This document shows positions 29,540 through 39,977 of a DNA stretch of 64,000 nt, one piece after another (positions within the stretch are counted from its first letter, which is position 1; every line of letters begins with the position of its first letter). Position numbers and translations under genes: made by a program. The notes beneath the pieces were generated by a model, which was not told where the DNA came from, made no database searches, and worked only from the letters and a program-made list of their open reading frames with translations. Source of the DNA: Spirochaetia bacterium (lineage in GTDB: Bacteria > Spirochaetota > Spirochaetia > SZUA-6 > Bin103); assembly GCA_965203905.1 (NCBI GenBank), contig CBDBDQ010000005.1, positions 7,296,001 through 7,360,000 of the forward strand, written 5' to 3'.

Positions 29540-31396
29540 ATGGCATCCGAGTTCACCGCGGCTGCCGCCTCGGCGCCGCGCGCTACCCAATTCGATACCC
29601 GTTCCCCGGGACGCTGGATCGTGTCGCATCTGCGCTGCTATCCCGTGGTGTTCGTTCTCGCGATCGTGCTCCAGCTCACCTCCTGGTCGTTGTTCGCCTC
29701 GATGCCGGTGATGATCGGCCGCGCCGCGCAGGGGGTCATCGACGGCCTCGGCAGCCGCGAACTGCTGCTGGCGGCCCTCCGCCTGCTGGGCGTCATGGCC
29801 GGCAACTCCGCGGCGCTGATCGGCGTGATGGCATGCGCCGCCAGCCTCGGGCACCGCCTGCAGCGCGACGCCCGCGACGAGCTGTACCGCGGCCTGCTCG
29901 GCAAGAGTCAGACCTTTCACAACCGCCAGCGCATCGGCGACCTGGTGGCGCGCGCCACCGACGACACGCGCCTGGTCAACGAGATGATCAACCCCGCCCT
30001 CGTCTACCTCACCGACCTGCCGATCGGCTTCGTGGTGACGCTGACCTACGTGATCCTGATCGATCCGGTTCTGGCGCTCGTGCCGGCGCTCTACGGCCTG
30101 GCGTTTGCCGCCGCGGTGCGCGACCACATGCGCCGCGTGGGTCCGGCGCTGGCGGAACAGCGCACCCAGTACGGGCGCCTGGCCGCGGTGGCCGAAGAGG
30201 TGATCACCGGCATCGAGGTGGTCAAGGCCACCGTGCGCGAAGCCTGGGAGCAGCGGCGCTTCCGCGGCGCCGCCGGCGTGCTCCGCGACCTGATGGTGCG
30301 CCAGGGCAGGATCGAGGCGCTCAACGTGGCGTTGCTGGCGTTCGGCATCGCGACGGCGCTGGCGCTGCTGCACGGTATCGTGGTGCTGCACGCGGGCCGC
30401 ATCGAGCTGAGCGAGCTGATCGCCTTCGTCGGGCTGATGGCGCTGTTCCGCAACCCCAGCAACAAGGCGACCACGGTGTTCTCTCAGCTTCGCAACGGCG
30501 TCGCGGGGGCGCGCCGGATCCTTGCCCTGCTCACGGCGTCCACGGAGCTGGACCAGAACACCGGTGGCCACGAGGCCGCGATGCGCGGGGAAATCGCGTT
30601 CGAGCGGGCCTCCTTCGGCTACCACCGCGGACAGACGGTGCTGGCCGACGTCGACCTGCACATCGCCGCCGGCGAGACGGTCGCGCTGGTCGGCCAGACC
30701 GGATCCGCCAAGACCACCCTCACCCAGTTGGTGAACCGCACCTACGACCCCGGCGCCGGACGCATCGCCATCGACGGCGTCGACCTGCGCGACTGGAACC
30801 TGACCAGCCTGCGCTCACAGATCGCCACCATCGAGCAGGACGTGTTTCTGTTCTCCCTGTCGATCGCCGACAACATCGCCTTCGCCCGCCCCGGCGCCCG
30901 CCGGCAGGACCTGGAAGCCGCGGCCCGCGCTGCCGCCGCGCACGACTTCATCGAATCGTTCACCGACGGCTACGACACCATCATCGGCGAACGCGGCGTC
31001 ACCCTGTCCGGCGGCCAGCGCCAGCGCATCGCCCTGGCGCGCGCCTATCTGAAGGACCCGCGCATCCTGATCCTGGACGACTCCACCAGTGCCATCGACA
31101 GCGCCACCGAGGACGAGATCCAGCGCGCGCTCTACACCGTACAGCGGGGGCGCACCACGCTGCTCATCACCCACCGGCTGTCGCAGATCCGCTGGGCCGA
31201 CCGCGTACTGGTGCTCGACCGCGGCCGGGTGGTGGCCAACGGCCCGCACGACGAGCTGCTGGCCACCTCGGAGGTCTACCGCCGCATCTTCAGCCACTAC
31301 GAGATAGACCTGCCGCCGTTGCGCGGCCCGCGTCCCGGCGCGGCAACGCCCAAGGGAGGCGTCCCCGTGGGCGACGCAACCGGGAAGGCACGGTAG
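29540..31396 (+). CDS. ABC exporter fused permease/ATPase (degenerate-site subunit)
   Basis: TM domain; GQTGSAKT, LSGGQRQR, LILDDSTS. Confidence 0.92.
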   Translation: MASEFTAAAASAPRATQFDTRSPGRWIVSHLRCYPVVFVLAIVLQLTSWSLFASMPVMIGRAAQGVIDGLGSRELLLAALRLLGVMAGNSAALIGVMACAASLGHRLQRDARDELYRGLLGKSQTFHNRQRIGDLVARATDDTRLVNEMINPALVYLTDLPIGFVVTLTYVILIDPVLALVPALYGLAFAAAVRDHMRRVGPALAEQRTQYGRLAAVAEEVITGIEVVKATVREAWEQRRFRGAAGVLRDLMVRQGRIEALNVALLAFGIATALALLHGIVVLHAGRIELSELIAFVGLMALFRNPSNKATTVFSQLRNGVAGARRILALLTASTELDQNTGGHEAAMRGEIAFERASFGYHRGQTVLADVDLHIAAGETVALVGQTGSAKTTLTQLVNRTYDPGAGRIAIDGVDLRDWNLTSLRSQIATIEQDVFLFSLSIADNIAFARPGARRQDLEAAARAAAAHDFIESFTDGYDTIIGERGVTLSGGQRQRIALARAYLKDPRILILDDSTSAIDSATEDEIQRALYTVQRGRTTLLITHRLSQIRWADRVLVLDRGRVVANGPHDELLATSEVYRRIFSHYEIDLPPLRGPRPGAATPKGGVPVGDATGKAR

Positions 31397-33231
31397 TGCG
31401 CTCTCCCTACGACGGCCTCTCCGCCGAGGGATACGACCGCCGCTACCGCGACCGGGAGCTGGTTAACCGCATCCTCGGCTTCTTCCGCGCCGAACGCCGC
31501 GCCATGCTCATGGTGTCGACGGCGATCGTGGCCGGCTCGCTGATCGGGGCGGCGCTGCCCATCGTGTTGTCGCGCACCATCGACCAGGTGGCGACCGCGG
31601 GGTTCTCCCTCGGCGCCGTGGCCGTGGCCGTAGCGGCCATCCTGCTGTTGAGCCTGTCGGACTGGGGCTTCAGCGCCCTGGACCGGACCGTGGCCGCCCG
31701 TGCCGTGAGCAACGTGGTGCTGCGCCTGCGCCGCGCCGTCTTCGACGCGGTGCTCCGCCACGACCTCTCGTTCTTCGACCGCTACCCTACCGGCGGCATC
31801 GTCAGCCGCGTGCTGTCCGACACGCAGGCGTTCTCCGAAGTCGTGACCATGACCATCCAGGTGGTGAGCGAGGTGATCCTGACCGCGCTGATCTTCGCCT
31901 ACCTGTTCACCATCGACGTGCCGCTGACGCTGGTCGCGCTGCTCCTGGTGCCGGCGACCTGCTCCGTGGCGCTCGGATTCAGGCGCCTCTCCCGCCGCGT
32001 GGTGACCCAGTCGCGCCGCTCGGTGGGCGACGTCAGCGGTCACGTACACGAGACCATGAGCGGGATCGCGGTGGCCAAGTCGTTTCGCAAGGAGCAGCTC
32101 CTGTATGACCAGTTCGCGCCGGTGAACGAGCGTTCGTTTCGCCTCGGCTGGCGCCACGACGTGGTGTTCGCCAGCTTCACGCCGCTGCTGGGCACCGTCG
32201 CCGCGCTGGGCTCCGCGGCCCTGGTGTACGCGGGCGGGATGCGCGCGGAGTTGGGCGGCCTCACCATCGGCGAGTGGTACCTGTACCTGCTGACGGTGCG
32301 CCTGCTGTGGTTCCGGCTCGCCCTGATCGCCGCGTTCTGGAACCGGTTCCAGCTCGGCCTGGCCGCCGGGGAACGGGTGTTCGCGCTGATCGATACCGAG
32401 CCGCAGGTGGTGCAGACCGGTTCCGCACCGGTGCCCGCCGTGAACGGACACATCGAGCTGCGCAACGTGCGCTTCCACTACCGGGAAGGCGAAGGCGTAT
32501 TCGACGATTTCTCCCTTACCGTTCAGCCCGGAGAGACCCTGGCGCTGGTGGGGCACACCGGTTCCGGCAAGTCGAGCATCACCAAGCTGGTGTCCCGCTT
32601 CTACGAGTTCCAGGGCGGCGAGATCCTGGTTGACGGACGCGACATCCGCGGCCTGGACCTGGCCGGCTACCGCTCCCACCTGGGCTTCGTGACCCAGGTG
32701 CCGTTCCTGTTCAACGGCAGCGTGCTGGACAACATCCGCTACGGCCGCGGCGACGCCGACGATGCCACCGTGGCGGCCACCGCGGCCCGGGTGGGCGGCG
32801 GCGACTGGATCGACACCCTCCCCAACGGGCTCGCCACCGAGGTGACCGAGCGCGGGCGCAACCTGTCGCTCGGCCAGCGCCAGCTCATCGCCCTGAGCCG
32901 CGTCCTGCTGCAGGACCCCGCCGTGCTGATCCTCGACGAGGCCACCGCAAGCATCGACCCTCTCACCGAGGCGCTGGTGCAGGAGGGCATGGACGAGCTG
33001 CTGCGCGAGCGCACCGCCGTCGTCATCGCCCACCGCCTGTCCACCATCAAGCGCGCCGACCGCATCGTCGTGCTGCGCTCCGGCACCATCATCGAACAGG
33101 GCACCCACGACGGGCTGCTGCAGGCCGGCGGCCACTACGCCGAGCTCTACAACGCCTACTTCCGCCACCAGAGCCTGGATTACGTCGAGACCGCCCCCGG
33201 CAGCGCGGCGCCCCTGCCGTCAGCGCGATGA
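31396..33231 (+). CDS. ABC exporter fused permease/ATPase (partner subunit)
   Basis: Real gene is the 3' part of ORF 29833..33231, starting at GTG 31396; GHTGSGKS, LSLGQRQ, LILDEATAS. Confidence 0.9.
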   Translation: MRSPYDGLSAEGYDRRYRDRELVNRILGFFRAERRAMLMVSTAIVAGSLIGAALPIVLSRTIDQVATAGFSLGAVAVAVAAILLLSLSDWGFSALDRTVAARAVSNVVLRLRRAVFDAVLRHDLSFFDRYPTGGIVSRVLSDTQAFSEVVTMTIQVVSEVILTALIFAYLFTIDVPLTLVALLLVPATCSVALGFRRLSRRVVTQSRRSVGDVSGHVHETMSGIAVAKSFRKEQLLYDQFAPVNERSFRLGWRHDVVFASFTPLLGTVAALGSAALVYAGGMRAELGGLTIGEWYLYLLTVRLLWFRLALIAAFWNRFQLGLAAGERVFALIDTEPQVVQTGSAPVPAVNGHIELRNVRFHYREGEGVFDDFSLTVQPGETLALVGHTGSGKSSITKLVSRFYEFQGGEILVDGRDIRGLDLAGYRSHLGFVTQVPFLFNGSVLDNIRYGRGDADDATVAATAARVGGGDWIDTLPNGLATEVTERGRNLSLGQRQLIALSRVLLQDPAVLILDEATASIDPLTEALVQEGMDELLRERTAVVIAHRLSTIKRADRIVVLRSGTIIEQGTHDGLLQAGGHYAELYNAYFRHQSLDYVETAPGSAAPLPSAR

Positions 33232-34053
33232 GCCGGTGGTGAGGCCGGCGATGAAGTACTTGGACAGGAAGGAGAACAGCAGCAGCACCGGCAGGTAGGA
33301 GATGAAGCTCATGGCGTTCAGGCCGCCCCAGTTCTGGGTCAGGGTGGAGTGCATGGCGAAGAAGATCTTCACCGGCGCGGTGTGCTTCTCCACCGCGGCC
33401 TGCAGGTAGGTGCGCGCCGCGATGTACTCGTTCCAGTTGTTCAGGAACAGGAAGATGGTGGTGCTGATGATGCCGGGCGCGCTGATCGGCAGGATGATGC
33501 GCACCAGCGTCTGCAGCCGCGAGCAGCCGTCCACCCGCGCCGCGTCCTCCAGCTCCTTGGGCAGCGACTGGAAGAAGCCGCGCATGATCCACACCGTCCA
33601 CGGGATGCCCCAGCCGCCGTAGATCAGGATCAGCCCGGTGTAGGTGCTCAGCAGCTTCAGCTTGGCCAGCATCACGTAGATCGGGATCAGGTTGGTGAGC
33701 CCCGGCACCGTCATCGAGGCCAGGATCAGCACCAGCACCACGCTGTTGCCGACGAAGCGGAAGCGCGCCAGCGAGTACGCCGCCAGCACCCCGACGACCA
33801 GCGAGATGGCCGTCGCCACCCCGGAGATGAACAGGCTGTTGAGCACGTTGCGGTAGAACTGCCCCACGACGAAGGTGCTGTAGTAGTGCTGCAGGGTCGC
33901 CCGTTGCGGAATCCAGCGCGGCGGCGAGGTGAAGATGTCCTGGTCCACCTTGATCGAGGTGGAGACGCCCCACAGCAGCGGAAACAGCGACCACACCGAG
34001 ACCAGCACGATCAGGGCGTATACCAGGGTGGTGAGGGCTCTGCTACGCTGCAT
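33220..34053 (-). CDS. Carbohydrate ABC transporter permease (MalG-like)
   Basis: EAA loop 'LPKELEDAARVDG', 'NNWNEY', 'FIAGLTTG'. Confidence 0.92.
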   Translation of the reverse strand: MQRSRALTTLVYALIVLVSVWSLFPLLWGVSTSIKVDQDIFTSPPRWIPQRATLQHYYSTFVVGQFYRNVLNSLFISGVATAISLVVGVLAAYSLARFRFVGNSVVLVLILASMTVPGLTNLIPIYVMLAKLKLLSTYTGLILIYGGWGIPWTVWIMRGFFQSLPKELEDAARVDGCSRLQTLVRIILPISAPGIISTTIFLFLNNWNEYIAARTYLQAAVEKHTAPVKIFFAMHSTLTQNWGGLNAMSFISYLPVLLLFSFLSKYFIAGLTTGSSR

Positions 34054-34068
34054 CCTCAGCCCTTCTCA

Positions 34069-34944
34069 TCAGTAGACGTTCTCCGCCTTGATCAGCTTGA
34101 TGTAGCCGATGGCGAGGCCGATGTTCACCACGAACAGCACCAGCGCGATCACCGAACCCAGACCCAGCCGCGTGTAGCGGAACGCCACCCGCCACATGTA
34201 CAGCGGCAGCGCCGTAGTGGCGCGCGACGGCCCCCCGTTGGTGATGGTCAGCGGCATCGTCAGCTCGTTGAAAAAGTTGATGGTGAGGATCACCAGCACT
34301 ACCAGGATCGCCGGCCGCAGCAGCGGCAGGGTGAGCCGCGCGAAGCGCTGCAGCGGCCCGGCGCCGTCGGTGAGCGCCGACTCGTAGATCTCCTGCGGCA
34401 GCGACAGCACCGCGGCGTAGAACAGCAAGGCGGTGAACGGCAGCGTCTTCCACACCCCGCCGGCGATGATCATGATCATCGCCGAGTTGGGCCGGCCGAG
34501 CCAGTTCACCCGCTCCAGCCCGAACATCAGCAGGGCCTCGTTCATGGCCCCGAACTCGGCGCTCAGGATCCACTTCCAGAGGATGCCCGCCACCACCGCG
34601 GAGATGATCCACGGCAGGATGGCGATGTACTTGAACACCTGGTTGCCGCGCTCCGGCTGCGCCAGCAGGATGCCCATCCCCAGGCTGGCCACCAGGGTCA
34701 GGCCCACGGTGAAGCAACAGTAGACCACCGAGATGCGCGCCGACTCCCAGAAGAAGTCGTCCTCCAGCAGCCAGGCGTAGTTGCCGATGCCGACGTACTT
34801 GAGCCGCGCCAGCCCGCCCTCGAAGAACGACAGGTAGATCGTGTATCCCAGCGGATAGAACGACACCATGAAGATCAGGAACAGGGCCGGCACCAGCGAC
34901 AGGTACTGGAACCGGTGCAGGTTGAGGTAGCGCAGTGGCGACAT
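34069..34944 (-). CDS. Carbohydrate ABC transporter permease (MalF-like)
   Basis: 'VGIGNY', 'LPQEIYESALTDGA', 'TNGGPS'. Confidence 0.92.
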   Translation of the reverse strand: MSPLRYLNLHRFQYLSLVPALFLIFMVSFYPLGYTIYLSFFEGGLARLKYVGIGNYAWLLEDDFFWESARISVVYCCFTVGLTLVASLGMGILLAQPERGNQVFKYIAILPWIISAVVAGILWKWILSAEFGAMNEALLMFGLERVNWLGRPNSAMIMIIAGGVWKTLPFTALLFYAAVLSLPQEIYESALTDGAGPLQRFARLTLPLLRPAILVVLVILTINFFNELTMPLTITNGGPSRATTALPLYMWRVAFRYTRLGLGSVIALVLFVVNIGLAIGYIKLIKAENVY

Positions 34945-35026
34945 GGCGTCGCTCAGGGTTCAGGACGGCGCCGGTACCGGGCCCACCGGTGCGACGGCAG
35001 ACACGGTCCGGCGCGAGCCGACCCGC

Positions 35027-35093
35027 CCGCGGCACCGCCTGGCGGCGCCGCGCAACGGGTCGCGACTCTCGTCCGCTGGACGCGGGTCGTTGC
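35027..35093. promoter_or_regulatory. Intercistronic hairpins between the SBP and permease genes
   Basis: Two adjacent GC-rich imperfect stems at the position typical of mRNA-stabilising structures in ABC operons. Confidence 0.4.
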
Positions 35094-35104
35094 CCGCCGG
35101 GCGT

Positions 35105-36376
35105 TCAGTTGGCGAACAGCGAGTCGTAGCGGTCCGCGGCGGCATCCAGGGCCGCCTGCGCCGTCTCGTCGCCCAGCAGCACCTTGCCCAGGGCGCTGGC
35201 CAGCAGGTCGTTCATCTCCGGCAGGTTCTCCAGCCGCGGCAGCGGCACCGCCGTCGGTGCGATCTCCTCCAGCATGATGCGCTTCACCTCGGGATCCTCG
35301 AAGTCGGGCGCCACGCTCTTGAGGATTGGCAGGAAGCCGCCCAGCTTGCCGTAGGGCGCGTCGGTGACGTTGATCCACAGCGTCATCAGCTCGAACGCCG
35401 TGGCGATCTTCTCGTCGGCGATGTTGGCGGGCATGAACAGCGCCCAGTTGTCGTTGTAGGTGACGTGCTTGCCCGACTCGATGGTCTTGGGAATCGGCGC
35501 CACGCCGACCTGCGGAAACATGTCGGCGGCCTGCTGCGCCATCTGCTTGTACTCCCAGATGCCGTCGATGTAGCTGCCGTAGACGCCGGCCCGGAACCCG
35601 GCCTCGATCTCGGCGTCGTCGGCGGCGGCAATGGTCTCCGGGCTGATGCCGTACTTGCCGATCCAGTCGCGCTGGAACTCCGCCACCTGCACCCCGATGT
35701 CGCTGTTGAACGCCGCCTTGCCGTCGGCACCGACCACCTCGCCGCCGGCGCTCAGCAGCATGAGCTGGAAGTAGGCGGGTCCCTGGTCGTAGCCGGGGCC
35801 GCCGGCGTGGCCGTAGGCCCAGCGGTTGTTGCCGGTCATCACCTGGCCGGCGCGGATCACGTCCTCCCAGGTCTTGGGGTTGGGGATGCCGGCGTCCGCG
35901 TACCAGTCCTTGCGGTAGTAGAAGATGTAGTGGTGGCCGCCGATGGCGGGAATGCCGTACAGCTTGCCGTCGTAGGTGTAGGCGTCCAGCGTGCCCTCGC
36001 GGAAGTTGTCCTTGCCCTCGTAGGTGGCGAACAGATCGTCGACCGCGCGGAAGTAGCCGCCATTGACCATCTTGGTGGTGCCGCTCGAATACTGCTGCAC
36101 GATGTCGGGCGGGTCGCCCGCACCGTAGGCGGCGATGAACTGCGGCACCAGGTCGCGCTCGCCCACCGTGGTGAAGGTCAGGTCGATGTTCGGGTAATTC
36201 TCCTCCACCGTGGCGATGAACTCGCGGCCGGGACCGCCCCAGAGCTGATCGGGCGACACGTCCACCGACAGCCACATGTCCATGTCGATGGTGGAACCCG
36301 CACCCTCCTGCTCGCCGGCGCCGAACGCCAGGCCGGCCGCGGCGAGCGCTACGATACCTATGGTCAGATACTTCAT
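35105..36376 (-). CDS. Sugar ABC transporter extracellular solute-binding protein
   Basis: RBS GGAGG; signal 'MKYLTIGIVALAAAGLAFGAGEQE'; 'PPDIV', 'DGKLYGIP', 'YYRKDW', 'PKTWED'. Confidence 0.92.
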   Translation of the reverse strand: MKYLTIGIVALAAAGLAFGAGEQEGAGSTIDMDMWLSVDVSPDQLWGGPGREFIATVEENYPNIDLTFTTVGERDLVPQFIAAYGAGDPPDIVQQYSSGTTKMVNGGYFRAVDDLFATYEGKDNFREGTLDAYTYDGKLYGIPAIGGHHYIFYYRKDWYADAGIPNPKTWEDVIRAGQVMTGNNRWAYGHAGGPGYDQGPAYFQLMLLSAGGEVVGADGKAAFNSDIGVQVAEFQRDWIGKYGISPETIAAADDAEIEAGFRAGVYGSYIDGIWEYKQMAQQAADMFPQVGVAPIPKTIESGKHVTYNDNWALFMPANIADEKIATAFELMTLWINVTDAPYGKLGGFLPILKSVAPDFEDPEVKRIMLEEIAPTAVPLPRLENLPEMNDLLASALGKVLLGDETAQAALDAAADRYDSLFAN

Positions 36377-36459
36377 GCGCAAACCTCCGCGCCTAGCTCT
36401 ACCAGCGGGAGTATGGTCTGTCAACTGGAACGCGCTCGGCTTGCTCGGCCTGCCTTGCG

Positions 36460-37110
36460 CTACACGATCGGGCGCATGGCGAGGGCGATCGAGGCTTCGA
36501 TCTCCCACACCGCCTGCGACACCGCCTGGCCGATCAGGTCGAGCTTGCGTACCTGCTCGATGCGCTCCTCGGCATGTTGCCGCTCGCGGCGCGAAAGCAG
36601 TTCGCGGAACAGGCCGCAGGCATCCGCGAGGCAGATGATGACGATGTCGCGCGGGGCGGGGATCACGTCGCTGAACAGCACCTCCATGATGCGCAGCTTG
36701 ACCTCGCGCTCGGCCTTGCCGTCGACCACCGGATAGCGCCGCGACCGGAACACCCACAGGAAGCGGTCGTCGCGCCGCTGCAGGATGCCGCGCTCGATGA
36801 GCCGTTGCAGCACCGCCTCGCGGATGTAGCCGGCGTCCTCGGCGATCCGTTCCACCCAATAGCGGGCGTCCTGGGTCTCGGGCGCGCGCGCGATCCGGGC
36901 CAGCGTCGGGTCCAGCAGATTGTCCCCGACCGGCGTCGAATCGACCAGCATGAGCTGCTTCGGATCGGTGTCGATCCGGTTCGCCAGCGCCAGGTCCATC
37001 AGCACCGCGCCCGAGAGGGCACACTGCAGCGACGACTCGGGCACGCCCACGAATGTCCCGCCCTCGTCATCGAGCAGGAGCAGCATGATCTCTTCCGCAA
37101 ATCTCAGCAT
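36460..37110 (-). CDS. GPP34/GOLPH3 family phosphoprotein
   Basis: 'LRFAEEIMLLLLDDEGG', 'GAVLMDLALANRID', 'RFLWVFRSRRYP'. Confidence 0.85.
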   Translation of the reverse strand: MLRFAEEIMLLLLDDEGGTFVGVPESSLQCALSGAVLMDLALANRIDTDPKQLMLVDSTPVGDNLLDPTLARIARAPETQDARYWVERIAEDAGYIREAVLQRLIERGILQRRDDRFLWVFRSRRYPVVDGKAEREVKLRIMEVLFSDVIPAPRDIVIICLADACGLFRELLSRRERQHAEERIEQVRKLDLIGQAVSQAVWEIEASIALAMRPIV

Positions 37111-37181
37111 CGCCTCGTTCCTGGACATACCGTAGGGGGCGACGCGCCCGCTGTCAAATGCTTGCGCGCCACCCCCGGGCG

Positions 37182-38825
37182 TCAGCCGTACTGGCGGTCG
37201 AACACCTTCTGGGCGATCTCCAGCATGCGCTCCAGGCCCATCCGCTCCAGCGTACCGACGTAGCCGTCCCAGTCCGCGTCCACGTCCAGGTCGCCGGTGA
37301 TGAACTTGACCCAGGCCTCGTTGTGGTAGGCCAGGATCTCCGTGCGCAGCGCCTGGTACTCGTCGTTCTCGTCCTCGGTCATGTTGAGCACCGGCAGCAC
37401 CAGGTTCTCGTCCGGCACGTACTCCCAGTACTTGAGAGACTGGCGGTACAGGCGGCCGGCGTCGTTGTATGGGTCGCCGTCGTCGACGGTGCGGAACTCG
37501 TAGCCCTGGCGCGGGTACATCCACAGCCAGGCGCGGTTCTGTTCCTGCTCGGCCCACATGAACACGTGCTCGATCAGGTTGGCCTGGGTGCCGTAGAAGC
37601 TCATCTCGCCTTCCGCCGGCCAGTCCCAGTCGGTGCCCTCCTCACCCTGGTAGATGCGCCACTGCGCCTCCTGGGTGGCCAGGAAGTCGAACCAGCGCCA
37701 GGCGATCAGCGGCTCCTCCGCCTCGCTGGTGATGGCGCCCCAGCCGGGCACCGTCGAGAACGGGTTGAAGGCGGCGGTGCGGTGGCCGTCCGGGCCTTCC
37801 AGCGCCGGGTAGTTGTTGAACCAGTTGTTGTAGGTCTCGTGGCCCGCGTCGATGAAGCGGTTCTTGATGTGCTGGGAGATGATCACCGGCCGCGCCGCGT
37901 CGCCGCCCATCACCAGTTGCTTCATCTGCTGCTGGTCCTGCACGAACTGCTCCCGGTCCCACAGCCCCTCGGCGTAGAGCTGGTGCTGGTAGCGCAGGCC
38001 GTCGCGGAACTGCTCGCTCACGATCGGGCTCCACAGCATGCCATTCTCGTCCACGTTGATGCGCCGCCAGTCGACGTACACGAACGCGTTCATGGTGAAG
38101 AGCTGGGGAATCTCGCCCTTCTCGCCGGTGAACGGGATCTCGTCGTTGGGGTCGCCGTTGCCGTTGACGTCGGTGACCTTGGCCTTGCGCAGCATCTCCA
38201 GGAAGCCGTCGGTGGTGTCGGGAATGCCCAGGCCCAGGGTCTCCATGAACTGGTCGTTGTACCACGCCTTGGCGTAGGGCCGGTTCTGGCGGATCAGCGA
38301 CATCGAGCCGATCGAGTAGATGTTGCCGTCCGGCATGGTCATCTGGCTGGCGGTGAGCGGAATCTGCTCGTACAGCTTCTTGATGTGCACCGACTCGTTC
38401 TCGATGTAGTCGTTCAATGGGACCAGCAACCCCTGCGACCCGTAGGCGAAGTCGACACCACGCACGATCTGGTTGCCCAGGAAGATGTCGGGCAGGTCGG
38501 CGCCGCTGGCCAGCATCAGGTTGGCCTTGTTGCGCCCCTCGCCGCCCCATTGCAGCGTCTGCCACTCGATCTTGACGTTGGTCTGCTCCTCCGCCCACTG
38601 CGTCGCGGTGTTGGTGCTGATGTCGACGATGTTGGGCGGGATGATCGCGGCCACGGTCAGGGTGTAGGGCTCGTCGACGATGGGGAGCTGACCCACGCCG
38701 TTGATCATCACCCCGGACGCCGCGGCGCCCTCCTCTTCGCCGCTGGCGAAGGCCGACTGCGCCCCCGCCAGGAGCAAGATGAGCAGCACCACGCCACTCC
38801 CCCGAAGCACACGTCTGGAATTCAT
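37182..38825 (-). CDS. Extracellular solute-binding protein (LplA-like family 1)
   Basis: RBS AAGGAG; signal 'AQSAFASGEEE'; 'LPIVDEP', 'MLASGADLPD', 'DVNGNGDPNDEIP', 'KFITG..DADWDGYV'. Confidence 0.92.
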   Translation of the reverse strand: MNSRRVLRGSGVVLLILLLAGAQSAFASGEEEGAAASGVMINGVGQLPIVDEPYTLTVAAIIPPNIVDISTNTATQWAEEQTNVKIEWQTLQWGGEGRNKANLMLASGADLPDIFLGNQIVRGVDFAYGSQGLLVPLNDYIENESVHIKKLYEQIPLTASQMTMPDGNIYSIGSMSLIRQNRPYAKAWYNDQFMETLGLGIPDTTDGFLEMLRKAKVTDVNGNGDPNDEIPFTGEKGEIPQLFTMNAFVYVDWRRINVDENGMLWSPIVSEQFRDGLRYQHQLYAEGLWDREQFVQDQQQMKQLVMGGDAARPVIISQHIKNRFIDAGHETYNNWFNNYPALEGPDGHRTAAFNPFSTVPGWGAITSEAEEPLIAWRWFDFLATQEAQWRIYQGEEGTDWDWPAEGEMSFYGTQANLIEHVFMWAEQEQNRAWLWMYPRQGYEFRTVDDGDPYNDAGRLYRQSLKYWEYVPDENLVLPVLNMTEDENDEYQALRTEILAYHNEAWVKFITGDLDVDADWDGYVGTLERMGLERMLEIAQKVFDRQYG

Positions 38826-38978
38826 GTTCTTCTCCTTCTTGTTGCCCGCCGCACCGGCGACGGATCGATCGATGCCGCCCGACTCCGGGTCAGCCTGCAG
38901 GTGAGCCTATCACGACACCTGGATCAACCGCCAAGCACAATCACCCCAACACCCCAACGCCTCGGTGGCTCCCTCCCG

Positions 38979-39854
38979 CTACCCACCGTTCCACCGTTCC
39001 GGCTGAATCAGCGGGAAGCCGCGACCGACCAGGGCGTGCCCATCCTCGACCTCGAATCCCGGCACCAATGGATGGTTGGGGGTTTGCGAGAGCTTCACGC
39101 GCACGCCGTCGGCCATATAGATCATGACGTGGGCTCGACGTTGCCGGGAGGTCGTATTTGGGGGCGTCGCGTGAAAGTTGAGACAGTGGTGAAACATGCA
39201 CTCGCCCGCCTTGAGCTCGACGGGTGTACCAATGCCGATCGGTTCATGGCGCATCGCCTGCCGCGGCGTCTCGGGCAGAGCATCCGGATCCTTAGCCTGC
39301 TCCCTGGCCTGGAGCTCGGCGGCGTAGGCATCCAGACCGAAGCGGGGATCACGATGGCTCGCCGGCACCACGTGCATGCAGCCATTCACCGTCGTAACGT
39401 CATCGAGCGCCAGCCAACAACTCACCAGGCGAGGCTCGCCCAAAGGCCACAGGTAGAAATCCTGATGAAACTCGAAGTGCCCGTTGTCTCCCGGCGGCTT
39501 GGAGATGATCTGATCGTGCCACAGCCGCACCCGGGGAGTGTCGAGCAGCGCACCCACAATGCCTGATAGGACCGGGTGGTGCATGATGCGCGCGAACATC
39601 GCCTCCCGCTTCCACATGTTGATGAACTGGGTGATGGCCCGGCCCTCGGGATAATCTTCACCGCCGCGACGGTGGCCATATCCGAACTCGTGATGGCTGC
39701 CATCACCGCCCGCAGCCTCGAGCTCGATGACTCTATCCAGCCCGGCGCGCATCTCTTCGACCTGGTTCAAGTCGAGAATGCGGCCACACTTCAGATAGCC
39801 GTTTTCATGAAAAAACCGAATCTGTTCAGGGCTGATCACAACCACTCCTTTCAC
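38979..39854 (-). CDS. Phytanoyl-CoA dioxygenase (PhyH) family Fe(II)/2OG enzyme
   Basis: 'FHENGY', HxD 'FHQD', 'WLALDD..NGCM', distal His 'FHATPPN'. Confidence 0.92.
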   Translation of the reverse strand: MKGVVVISPEQIRFFHENGYLKCGRILDLNQVEEMRAGLDRVIELEAAGGDGSHHEFGYGHRRGGEDYPEGRAITQFINMWKREAMFARIMHHPVLSGIVGALLDTPRVRLWHDQIISKPPGDNGHFEFHQDFYLWPLGEPRLVSCWLALDDVTTVNGCMHVVPASHRDPRFGLDAYAAELQAREQAKDPDALPETPRQAMRHEPIGIGTPVELKAGECMFHHCLNFHATPPNTTSRQRRAHVMIYMADGVRVKLSQTPNHPLVPGFEVEDGHALVGRGFPLIQPERWNGG

Positions 39855-39977
39855 CCGTAGTCCATCGGCAGAGCGCGGCGCGAGCGAACCCCGCGCCGTG
39901 AATCACTGTTGGTGGATTCGTTCGAAGACCTCCGCCAGCTCCTCGATCGCCGCGTCATATCCTCCCTTTTCCCTGCG

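Noticed and set aside
29833-31395. First half of the 1132-aa ORF
   Set aside because: Off-frame Arg/Pro/Gly-rich shadow of the 29540-31396 gene; the real gene starts at 31396.
29540-33231. Degenerate Walker motifs (GSAKT, LDD) as a sign of inactivation
   Set aside because: An asymmetric degenerate site is normal in heterodimeric ABC exporters.
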